Source: Steroidobacteraceae bacterium (GTDB taxonomy: Bacteria; Pseudomonadota; Gammaproteobacteria; Steroidobacterales; Steroidobacteraceae). From it: a stretch of 64,000 bases of DNA. The DNA is taken from assembly GCA_036274075.1 (NCBI GenBank), contig DASUGK010000115.1, positions 34,944 to 98,943 of the forward strand, read 5' to 3'. The position numbers and the translations under genes are program-made. The notes beneath the pieces are model-generated. The model did not search any database. It worked only from the letters and a program-made list of their open reading frames with translations, and had not been told where the DNA came from. Below, piece after piece: positions 13,241 to 21,043 of this stretch; position 1 is the stretch's first letter; each line of letters opens with the position of its first letter.

Positions 13241-13267
13241 GTGTCACGACTTCGCGATTTCTCCCAC
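13241..13267 (+). promoter_or_regulatory. bipartite motif GTGTCAC-N12-TCTCCCAC, copy B (upstream of CHAT paralog 2)
   Basis: Read directly from the sequence. Same half-sites and same 12-nt spacing as copies A and C. Confidence 0.55.
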
Positions 13268-13302
13268 CTGCAACCGCAGGCCGCGAAGATTTTTTCTCGC
13301 CG

Positions 13303-13323
13303 GACTTACTACAAACCCTGCCT
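13303..13323 (+). promoter_or_regulatory. conserved 21-nt block GACTTACTACAAACCCTGCCT, copy 2
   Basis: Identical 21-mer to 9746-9766. It lies 62 nt downstream of the start of bipartite motif copy B. Confidence 0.5.
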
Positions 13324-13398
13324 ACGAAATCGACGCTCAATTGCGGCACAATGCCTGTGCCAGTCAACACTTACCCCCGCCGCGGGGGGTCCGCTTGC

Positions 13399-16300
13399 AT
13401 GTCCTTCCGCGATCGAGTCGCCATTGATTTCGCCCTGAATCCGCGGACCGGCGTCGTCACGGTTTTCTGCGCCGCCTGCGCGTTCATGATGGCCGCGTGC
13501 ACCGGTGGATCCGGTCGGGAGCTTACCGAAGTCCTGTCCAGCGATCTGCCGGTGGGCCCCGACGCGCCCGCGAATGCCGCACCGCAGCTTCCGCCGGGCG
13601 TGTACCTGGTCGAAGTGCGCGAACGGGACGTCGACCTGCGCGTGGTCATCGACGCGGCCGGCAGCCACGCGGAGCTCGAGGACGGCGTGCAGCGCCACGG
13701 CCTGCACGCCGACGTAGTTAGACTGCGACAGCCCGCGGCACTGCGCATCGAGGCACGCAGTGCCGACTACGGCGGCAAGCGCGGCAGCGCGCAGGTGCGC
13801 GTGTCGCGCTGGAAATACCCGGTGGACACGGCGCCGGACGAGCTGGAGAACGGCTTCACGGCCTTCGGCGCCGGCGGCCGCGAGACGGCGCGCGGTGAAC
13901 CCGCCGGCTGGGAGCGCGCCGCGCAGCAGCTGCGCCGCGCCAGCGCCCTGTTCGCGGAGGCCGCGGACGAGCCGGCGCGCGCGCAGGCCGAGTATTCGCT
14001 GGGAAGCCTGGAGTACCTGCTGCGCATGCAGTGGCAGGCGGCGATCCGCGCCGCCGACACCGCCGCCGACGGCTACGAATCGCTCGACGACGAGACCGGC
14101 CGGCACCGCGCCGGCGTGCTGCGGGCTTCCGCCGAGATCGAAATCGCCCGCGGAATGAGCGCGAGCTCTCAAACCGCCGAGCGCAACGCGCTGTTCGAGT
14201 CGATCGATCGGCGGCTGCGCGATGCGGCCGCGTACTTCGGCAAGGATGGCGCCGCGATCGACGAGGCCTACAGCATTAACATGCGCGGCGTCGGCTTCTA
14301 CAGCGCCGGCAACGACGCACGCGCCGCGGAGTTCTTCGCGCAGGCAGGCGAACTCGCGCGCCGCAACCAGGATTCGACGCTGGAGGTGAAGACGCTCAGC
14401 AACCTGGCCTGGATCCATCAGCGCCGCGGCGAGATTGCGCGCGCGGCGAGCGAATACCAGGCGTTGATGCCGCTGCTGGACCGTGATCGCGACGCCGACA
14501 TGTACGCAACCACGATCACCAACTACGGCCAGTGCCTGATCGCGCTCGGCGAGTTCGACCGCGCGCTGACGCTGCACACGCAGGCCCTCGAAGTATTCGC
14601 CACCCGCGGAGCCGACGCGGACCGCGGCAAGCAGCTCAATGCACTCGGCGGGCTCTACATCCGCGTCGGCGAGCTCGAACGCGCGCTGTCGACACTGCGC
14701 ACGGCCATTGAGGTGCACGGCAAGGTGGGCGCCGGCTGGGCGCGCGCCGCGGCCCTGCGCATGGCGGGCAACGTCGCAGGCGCACTCGGGGATCCGCGCG
14801 GGGCACTCGTCTACCTGCGCGAATCGATGGAGCAAGACGCTCAGCCCGAGGCCGTGGCGAGGACCCGGGTATTGATCGCAGCACAGCTGCGCGCGCTCGG
14901 CGACCTGCGCGGCGCGGAGCGCGAACTGGTCGAAGCACAGCGGGATGGCAGTGAGCTGACGCGCGCCAATGCCACGGCGGAGCGTGCCCGGCTGCGGCGT
15001 GCGCAGCGCGATTTCTCCGCGGCGCTGGCCGATGCGCGTGCCGCGGACGCATCGTACGAATCACTCGGGCTGGACTTCGACCGCATCGAGACCCACACGG
15101 TGATGTCGCAGTCCCTGATCGCCCTCGGCAACGCGCGCGAGGCACTGGCGGCAGCCAACGCGGCGATTGCCATCGAGCAGCGCATTCGCGTCGGATCCGC
15201 CAACCCGGAGTGGCGCGCGCGCTTCCTTGCTGAACGTTATTCGCCCTACGAGGCGCGTATAGCCGCCGAGCTCGCGGCCGGCGGCGACGATGCAGCCTGG
15301 CAGGCTTTTCGCACCACCGAGACCGTGCGCGCACGTTCGCTCGCCGAGCAGCTCGCGGCGCGGATGGATCTCCGGTCGAGCCGGGCGGTGACCGAAGTGG
15401 ACCCGGCCGGCAACGCGTTGCGCGCGGAACTCACCGCACAGCAGCTGCGACTCGAAAGCCGGATGGATCGCGGCGGCGCCGACCCCGCAGAACTCAGCGA
15501 ACTGCGGCGCTCCATCGAGGAGACGCGCGCGCGCATCGTCGCGAACGAATTGCGGCGGCGGGATATTTCCGGAGTGTCGGCAGCCGCCGCCAGGATTTCC
15601 GGCCAGCTGCGCGACGTGCAGGCCGCGATCCCGGCCGACACCGCCGTGCTGGCCTATTTCGTCGGCGACGAGAACAGCCACGCATGGCTGCTGACGCGCG
15701 ACTCGCTGCAGCACGCCACGCTGGCGGGACGTACCGGATTGCAACGCACGGTCGATGCCTTCGTCGCCGCGAGCCGCAGCGGCGCCGTGACGCCCGCCTC
15801 GCGCGCGGCCGGCCGCAACCTGCTCGGATCGCTGCTCGACCACGTCACGGCGAAACGCCTGCTGGTCATCGCCGATGGTCCGCTGTACGCCGTGCCGTTC
15901 GCCGCGCTGCAGCCCGCGGCGAGTTCGCCGGGTGTGTTGGTCGAGCGCTTCGTGATTTCCTATGCACCGTCGCTGGCGCTGGCCATGCACGCGCCGTCGG
16001 CGGCGGGAACCGCGACACGCGTCGCCGTGATCTCGGATCCGGTGTACGCGCAGGACGACAGCCGGCTGCGGCTCGCGTTGGCGGACGACGCCAGTGCCTA
16101 TCGCAGCGGCGAACAGCCGCGCGACAGGCTGACGCGCCTGCAGTATTCCGGCCTCGAAGGGCGCACCGTCGCGCGCGCGTTCGCCGGCCGCGACACCGTC
16201 GAGATCAGCGGCTTCGACGCCACGCCGGAACGCGTGCTGGCGCTGCGTTCCCAGCCCCTGTCGGTGCTGCACTTCGCCACGCACGCGCGGATCAGGCGCG

Positions 16301-16692
16301 ATTCGCCCGAGCAGTCGGCGCTCTATCTCAGCGAGTACAGCGCCAGCGGCCGGTCGATCGCCGAGTCGCGGCTCACCGCGGATGAAATCTCGCGCACCGG
16401 CCTGCGCGCGGACCTCGTGGTGCTGTCGGCCTGCGCCACCGGCGACGGCGGCGCGGTGCGCGGCGAGGGTGTGCTCGGACTCACCTATGCCTTCCTCGCG
16501 AACGGCTCGCGTTCGGTCGTGGCCTCGTTGTGGCCCATCCAGGACGCGTCCACCGCGCGTTTCATGAAGGAGTTCTACGACGCGTATCGCAAGACCGGCC
16601 GCGCCGCCGACGCGTTACGCACCGCCCAGCTGCACGAACGCGGTGGCGTCGCATGGACGAGTTTCGTCGTCCGCGCCAACGAATTTCCCTGA
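13399..16692 (+). CDS. TPR-repeat CHAT-domain (caspase-like peptidase) protein, probable lipoprotein, paralog 2
   Basis: ATG 13399 has a G-run 9 nt upstream; the ATG at 13351 is an alternative start. Signal/lipobox ...FCAACAFMMAAC. Collinear with paralog 1 (EVRERDVDLRV, YSPYEARI, AFRT.E.VRARSLA). CHAT dyad LHFATHARIR (His 16282-16284) and VVLSACATGDG (Cys 16432-16434). Confidence 0.85.
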   Translation: MSFRDRVAIDFALNPRTGVVTVFCAACAFMMAACTGGSGRELTEVLSSDLPVGPDAPANAAPQLPPGVYLVEVRERDVDLRVVIDAAGSHAELEDGVQRHGLHADVVRLRQPAALRIEARSADYGGKRGSAQVRVSRWKYPVDTAPDELENGFTAFGAGGRETARGEPAGWERAAQQLRRASALFAEAADEPARAQAEYSLGSLEYLLRMQWQAAIRAADTAADGYESLDDETGRHRAGVLRASAEIEIARGMSASSQTAERNALFESIDRRLRDAAAYFGKDGAAIDEAYSINMRGVGFYSAGNDARAAEFFAQAGELARRNQDSTLEVKTLSNLAWIHQRRGEIARAASEYQALMPLLDRDRDADMYATTITNYGQCLIALGEFDRALTLHTQALEVFATRGADADRGKQLNALGGLYIRVGELERALSTLRTAIEVHGKVGAGWARAAALRMAGNVAGALGDPRGALVYLRESMEQDAQPEAVARTRVLIAAQLRALGDLRGAERELVEAQRDGSELTRANATAERARLRRAQRDFSAALADARAADASYESLGLDFDRIETHTVMSQSLIALGNAREALAAANAAIAIEQRIRVGSANPEWRARFLAERYSPYEARIAAELAAGGDDAAWQAFRTTETVRARSLAEQLAARMDLRSSRAVTEVDPAGNALRAELTAQQLRLESRMDRGGADPAELSELRRSIEETRARIVANELRRRDISGVSAAAARISGQLRDVQAAIPADTAVLAYFVGDENSHAWLLTRDSLQHATLAGRTGLQRTVDAFVAASRSGAVTPASRAAGRNLLGSLLDHVTAKRLLVIADGPLYAVPFAALQPAASSPGVLVERFVISYAPSLALAMHAPSAAGTATRVAVISDPVYAQDDSRLRLALADDASAYRSGEQPRDRLTRLQYSGLEGRTVARAFAGRDTVEISGFDATPERVLALRSQPLSVLHFATHARIRRDSPEQSALYLSEYSASGRSIAESRLTADEISRTGLRADLVVLSACATGDGGAVRGEGVLGLTYAFLANGSRSVVASLWPIQDASTARFMKEFYDAYRKTGRAADALRTAQLHERGGVAWTSFVVRANEFP

Positions 16693-16711
16693 TTTGCCCA
16701 AGGAGACCCCG

Positions 16712-17254
16712 ATGATCAAGATCCCATTTCGATTTCGCAGTCTTGCCCGCCTGTGCCTCGCAGCGACGGCGTTCACAAGCGCGTCCGCGCTCGCGGGCGA
16801 TCCGGACCCAGCCGTCGCGCCGTGGCTCGGCAAGGAGATCACCATCACGTCGTCGACGCTGGGTGATCATGTGCCGCCAGGCGGCAAGCTCACCTTCGTC
16901 TACGACGGTGAAGACGACGTGGTGCGCGTTTGCACGCGTTCGGTCCCGACCAAGCGCGCGGTGTGGAAGATGGATCTCGCCGTGCCCTGCGCCGTGGCGC
17001 TGAACGTGGTGCGTGGCGAGCGTTATTGCTCCGACGACGAGGTGAAGACCGGTGACGCCGAAGTGCTGTCCACGTGCCACCGCCTGCGCAGCCACGACGT
17101 CGCGCTGCACGCGGCCGCCGCCAAGGACGCCGTGGAACTGCACGACGTGATCGTGTTCCTGCTGCAGCCCGGCGCGGACAAGAAGCATTCGATCTCGATC
17201 CTGCTGGATTCTCCGTCGCGCGTGACGCACGCCGGGCACATCATCGGCGAGTAG
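16712..17254 (+). CDS. small secreted hypothetical protein (4 Cys)
   Basis: AGGAGA lies 6 nt before ATG 16712. Signal peptide MIKIPFRFRSLARLCLAATAFTSASALA. No recognisable family. The gene starts 19 nt after the CHAT paralog 2 stop. Confidence 0.6.
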   Translation: MIKIPFRFRSLARLCLAATAFTSASALAGDPDPAVAPWLGKEITITSSTLGDHVPPGGKLTFVYDGEDDVVRVCTRSVPTKRAVWKMDLAVPCAVALNVVRGERYCSDDEVKTGDAEVLSTCHRLRSHDVALHAAAAKDAVELHDVIVFLLQPGADKKHSISILLDSPSRVTHAGHIIGE

Positions 17255-17256
17255 CC

Positions 17257-18810
17257 TTGACGAGCCGTTCTCTTGCGCGGGGCTTCTTCACCATCCTCCT
17301 GCCTTTCGCGGCCTCGGCCGCACTGGCGGGGGGCCTCGCGCAGGCGAACGAACCCGGAATCTGCGGCCGCAACCAGGCCGGGAGCCCGAACGGACTGCGG
17401 GCGCCGGCGGCGGTAACGGCCTACCTCGATTCACTGTCCGGCAGCACACGATTCGATTTGCGCGACGCCTGCGCCTCCTGGGCAGGGACGAATTCAGACC
17501 GCCGGCGTCGCGCAAACGATGGCGCGCGCGGTGACCCCGTCCCGGCACGCTTCATCGTGTTTCCCGCACCGGACGTGGAAATGCAGGCGCTGGCCTCGCA
17601 CCTGAAGCGGGATAACCACGTCTACAGCGTGGAAACCGCCAGCCGGTTCGTGGTCGCATCGTTCGACCGGCAGGTTTCGACGCGCCGGCTGCGACGTGTC
17701 CTCGACGATCCCCTGGTCGATTACGCCGAGCCCGACTGCGACGGGCCGGATTTCCTCACCACCTCCATCGAACTGCTCGACTACGGGCGCGACGGCTCGA
17801 GTTGCTGGCAGCGTGCCGCGCGTACCACGTTTCCCAACGATCCCTGCATCGACGAGCTGTGGGGACACACGAAGATCGGCTGGAATTCCGACATTGCGCG
17901 GCGTTCGCTGCCGCGCATCGTCGCCGTGCTGGATTCAGGCATCGATGCTGCGCACGAGGACCTCGCGAGCAACGTGTTGATCGACATTCCCGGCGAGCCG
18001 CGCGGCTCGCAGGGCAGCCGCCTGAATGCGCAGTGCGCCACCAGCGGCCTGTGTTATCCGCACGGCACCGAGATGGCCGGCACCATCGGCGGCCGCATGG
18101 ACAATGGCATTGGTGTCGCCGGCGTCGCACCGAACAGCCGGCTGCTGCCCATCGTCATCAGCCGGGTCGACCACGGACTGCTGGCGCGCCTGTCCACCAT
18201 CGCCGAGGGCATCGATGCTGCGGTGCGGGGCGGCGCCGACGTGATCAACATCAGCGCCAAGTGGCCCGTGGACAGCCGCGCGATTTCCGCCGCCATCTAC
18301 GCGGCAGTGGGCGGGAATTCCTCCACCCGCCGGCTGGTGGTCACCGGCTATGCCACCAGCCTGCAGCGCGACGAGACGGTGCGCGAGTACTTCCCCTCCC
18401 GCTACCGTTGCCTGCCCGGCGTGGTCGCGGCCGTGCCCACGGACATGCGCGGGCGCGATCTGTTCAATCCCGAGGGCCGCCCAAGTGCGACGGACGGCAG
18501 GATTCAGGCACCCGGCGTGGACATCGTGGTGACAACGACCGAGAATTCCGCGCAAGGTTACGCGCTGTCCGAGGCAGCCGGCGCATCGAGCGCCGCGGCC
18601 TACGTTTCGGGCGCGGTAGCCCTGGTCTGGGGCAGCCCGCCGCTCAACAAATGCGACGCCCAGCAGATAAAACAGTTGCTGTTCTGCAGGAGCAAGTCCA
18701 GCAACTCGTCGCGGTACCCATGGATCAATGTCGATTTTCTCGGTGAACTCGGTTCGGTCGGCGCGGGCGCGGACTGCCACGCGGCCATGGAAGCGCTCGG
18801 CTGCACCTAA
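17257..18810 (+). CDS. S8 (subtilisin) family serine peptidase, divergent
   Basis: TTG start 2 nt after the preceding stop gives the signal-like LTSRSLARGFFTILLPFAASAALAGG. Triad motifs are VAVLDSGID (Asp 17932-17934), HGTEMAG (His 18061-18063) and GASSAAAYVSG (Ser 18586-18588). The usual AAGN oxyanion motif appears replaced by TGYA, but that alignment was done by eye. Confidence 0.75.
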   Translation: MTSRSLARGFFTILLPFAASAALAGGLAQANEPGICGRNQAGSPNGLRAPAAVTAYLDSLSGSTRFDLRDACASWAGTNSDRRRRANDGARGDPVPARFIVFPAPDVEMQALASHLKRDNHVYSVETASRFVVASFDRQVSTRRLRRVLDDPLVDYAEPDCDGPDFLTTSIELLDYGRDGSSCWQRAARTTFPNDPCIDELWGHTKIGWNSDIARRSLPRIVAVLDSGIDAAHEDLASNVLIDIPGEPRGSQGSRLNAQCATSGLCYPHGTEMAGTIGGRMDNGIGVAGVAPNSRLLPIVISRVDHGLLARLSTIAEGIDAAVRGGADVINISAKWPVDSRAISAAIYAAVGGNSSTRRLVVTGYATSLQRDETVREYFPSRYRCLPGVVAAVPTDMRGRDLFNPEGRPSATDGRIQAPGVDIVVTTTENSAQGYALSEAAGASSAAAYVSGAVALVWGSPPLNKCDAQQIKQLLFCRSKSSNSSRYPWINVDFLGELGSVGAGADCHAAMEALGCT

Positions 18811-18834
18811 CTACCGGCGCGCGCGGGGCACCCC

Positions 18835-19503
18835 GTGAGCGCGCTTTCCCTCGACGAAATCGAGAAAGTCGTGGCGGCGGCGCTCGACGGCGACCGCCAG
18901 GCCGAGTCGCGCATGCTGGCGGCGCTGCGGCCGGGCGTGCTCGCGGTGCTGCGTTTCGGGGCATTTCACCGCTGGATCGACGCCGAGGACCTGACGCAGG
19001 AAACCCTGCAGGTGGTCGTGGAACGCGTGCGCGCGCGGACCATCGACGATCCGCGCAAGGTGTTCGCCTTCGCCGCGGCGACCGCGCGCAACATGGCGCT
19101 GAACGCCGCGCGCAAGATGCTGCGCCAGCAGACCGTGGTCGACTCCGAGCTGGTCGACGAGCTGGCGCAGAACATGGAAACCGAGCCCGGCGACATGTCG
19201 GAGGCGGACGACCGCCACCTGGCCCAGGCCGTCATGGCGCTGCTGGACGAACTACCCACGCAGCGGGACCGCGAGGTGCTGGTACGGTTCTATCTAGACG
19301 GCACCGACAAGCAGCAGCTGTGCCGCGAACTCGGACTTTCCCCTAAGCATTTCGACCGTGTGCTGATGCGGGCCCGTACGCGGCTGCGCAACATCGTCGA
19401 ACGGCGCGCACCGCACCTGGCCCTGGTGCCGCGAATCTCGGCTGTTTTGCTCCCATTGGCGATTTCTTTCACGTTTTGGGTGAGAGATTTTGGCTCCTGG
19501 TGA
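18835..19503 (+). CDS. ECF-type RNA polymerase sigma-70 family factor with a ~33-aa hydrophobic C-terminal tail
   Basis: GTG start. Region 2 (DAEDLTQETLQVVVERV) and region 4 (LPTQRDREVLVRFYLDGTDKQQLCRELGLSPKHFDRVLMRARTRLRN) are recognisable. The tail ISAVLLPLAISFTFWV is encoded by atypically AT-rich codons. Confidence 0.85.
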   Translation: MSALSLDEIEKVVAAALDGDRQAESRMLAALRPGVLAVLRFGAFHRWIDAEDLTQETLQVVVERVRARTIDDPRKVFAFAAATARNMALNAARKMLRQQTVVDSELVDELAQNMETEPGDMSEADDRHLAQAVMALLDELPTQRDREVLVRFYLDGTDKQQLCRELGLSPKHFDRVLMRARTRLRNIVERRAPHLALVPRISAVLLPLAISFTFWVRDFGSW

Positions 19504-19506
19504 CAC
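19480..19506 (-). promoter_or_regulatory. bipartite motif GTGTCAC-N12-TCTCTCAC, copy C (inverted; spans the sigma stop codon and abuts the anti-sigma ATG)
   Basis: The plus strand reads GTGAGAGA-N12-GTGACAC, the exact reverse complement of the copy A half-sites. Confidence 0.5.
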
Positions 19507-20271
19507 ATGTCACTCATGAAGTCTCTTGATCGCCAATCGCTGGAAGAACAGGCGCGCCTGGTATCGCGTTATGTCGCGGGCGACCTGTCGCGTTCGGAAC
19601 GGGCCGAGTTCGAGGCCTGGCTGGTGGCATCCCCCGAACTGGCTGCCGAGGTCGAGATGGAACGCCGCCTGCGGCGTGGCATCGCGAGCGCGGCACGGCG
19701 CGGATGGCTGAAGCGCGGCACCGAGCCGGTGCCGGAGGCCCGCGAACAGCGCTGGCGCATGGCCATCGCCGCGAGCGTGGTCGTGTCTCTGCTGCTGATG
19801 GGCGTGACTTTCGTGTTGCCCAGTGGCTCATCCGACGAATCCCGGACAACCGCCAGCACCACGCCGGTGAAGCCATCGCTGCCGCGCATCGTGCGTCTCG
19901 GCGCGGTCCGTAGCCTGGAGACGACCCCCGACATCCTGGTGTCGCGCCTCACGCCGCCGAGCGAACTCACCATCGAGCCCGAAGTCGTTGTGCTCACCTG
20001 CCCCGATGGCAGGCTCGAGCTGGAATGCGCCGGTGGCGCCGCGCCGCAGACTCCGCAGTATCCCGAATACGAGATGGAACTCGTGAGCCGCCAGGTGTCG
20101 CACGTGGCATGGCGCTCCCCGCGACAGTTGCCGACGTCCGGTTCCGTGCTGTCGTTCGTGCTGAGCGAGCCCGAGCAACTGGAGGCCGGTGACTACGACG
20201 TCATCGTGCGGGGCCACTCCCCCGAGCACGAAGAAGTCGTGGCGCGCTTCTGGCTGCGCGTCACCGAGTAG
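19507..20271 (+). CDS. putative anti-sigma factor (non-zinc, single-pass membrane)
   Basis: Begins 3 nt after the sigma stop. N-terminal helix pattern YVAGDLSRSERAEFEAWLVASPELAAEV. One TM segment, WRMAIAASVVVSLLLMGVTFVL. About 140-aa exported C-terminal domain containing 2 Cys. Confidence 0.65.
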   Translation: MSLMKSLDRQSLEEQARLVSRYVAGDLSRSERAEFEAWLVASPELAAEVEMERRLRRGIASAARRGWLKRGTEPVPEAREQRWRMAIAASVVVSLLLMGVTFVLPSGSSDESRTTASTTPVKPSLPRIVRLGAVRSLETTPDILVSRLTPPSELTIEPEVVVLTCPDGRLELECAGGAAPQTPQYPEYEMELVSRQVSHVAWRSPRQLPTSGSVLSFVLSEPEQLEAGDYDVIVRGHSPEHEEVVARFWLRVTE

Positions 20272-20305
20272 CAAGCGGGAATGTGATCGCGCCGCCCGGC
20301 GATCG

Positions 20306-21043
20306 TCAGCTCAGGTACTTCTTGATCCGCGCGTGCAGCGGCGAGTGCCGCGGGAAGTGCGCGCGCAGGTATTCCATCTGGTCGGCCAGCACGCGCCGTC
20401 CCTTCAGGAAGATGTACTCCGCGTAGGTCGGCGTGAACGGTACCGCGATGAGCTGCATCTTCGCCTGCTCGGGCGTGCGCGACGCCTTGAGGTTGTTGCA
20501 GCGGCGGCAGGCCGCGACCACGTTGGTCCACACGTCGCGGCCACCCTGGCTGAACGGCCGGATGTGATCGCGCGACAACTCGCGCACCGGGAAGCGCTGC
20601 GCGCAGTACATGCAGAAGTGCGCGTCGCGGCGGAACAGCGTCTGGTTGTTCAGCGGCGGCACGTAATCGTGGCGCGTGTTCCCGGGATTGCCGGTGTGCC
20701 CGATGGTGGCGACGATGGAATTCACTTCGAGCACGGTACGCAGGCCCGAGCGCGCACTCACGCCGCCGTAGAGCTTGAACAGCGGGCTGCCGCAGGTGTA
20801 CGCCACCTGTTCCTGGTGATACAGCCGCGCCGCTTCCTTGTAGTCGATCCACTCCAGCGGCATGCCGGACACGTCCGTTCGGAGCACGAGCTGGGAGAGC
20901 GCGCGGCTCGAGTAGCCCGCGATGAGGCGCAGATCGGAGAGGTCTCCACGATCCGCCTTTTCCAGATCGATGCCCAGCATTTGGCATGTAAGATAAGCCA
21001 GTCCTGTGCGAGAATTCAACGCCGCAAGACATTCATTTAACAC
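20306..21043 (-). CDS. HNH endonuclease family protein
   Basis: C-terminal HNH core CMYCAQRF...LSRDHIRPFSQGGRDVWTNVVAACRRCNNLK. The start is uncertain: GTG at 21043 or ATG at 20980. Confidence 0.75.
   Translation of the reverse strand: MLNECLAALNSRTGLAYLTCQMLGIDLEKADRGDLSDLRLIAGYSSRALSQLVLRTDVSGMPLEWIDYKEAARLYHQEQVAYTCGSPLFKLYGGVSARSGLRTVLEVNSIVATIGHTGNPGNTRHDYVPPLNNQTLFRRDAHFCMYCAQRFPVRELSRDHIRPFSQGGRDVWTNVVAACRRCNNLKASRTPEQAKMQLIAVPFTPTYAEYIFLKGRRVLADQMEYLRAHFPRHSPLHARIKKYLS

Noticed and set aside
9841-16692. The CHAT proteins as part of a type III-E CRISPR (Craspase-like) or gasdermin-type anti-phage system.
   Set aside because: The window contains no CRISPR repeats, no cas/gRAMP gene and no gasdermin-like cytoplasmic pore protein. 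The small neighbouring protein has a signal peptide and is too short. Both CHAT proteins carry lipoprotein-type export signals, which points to an envelope role.
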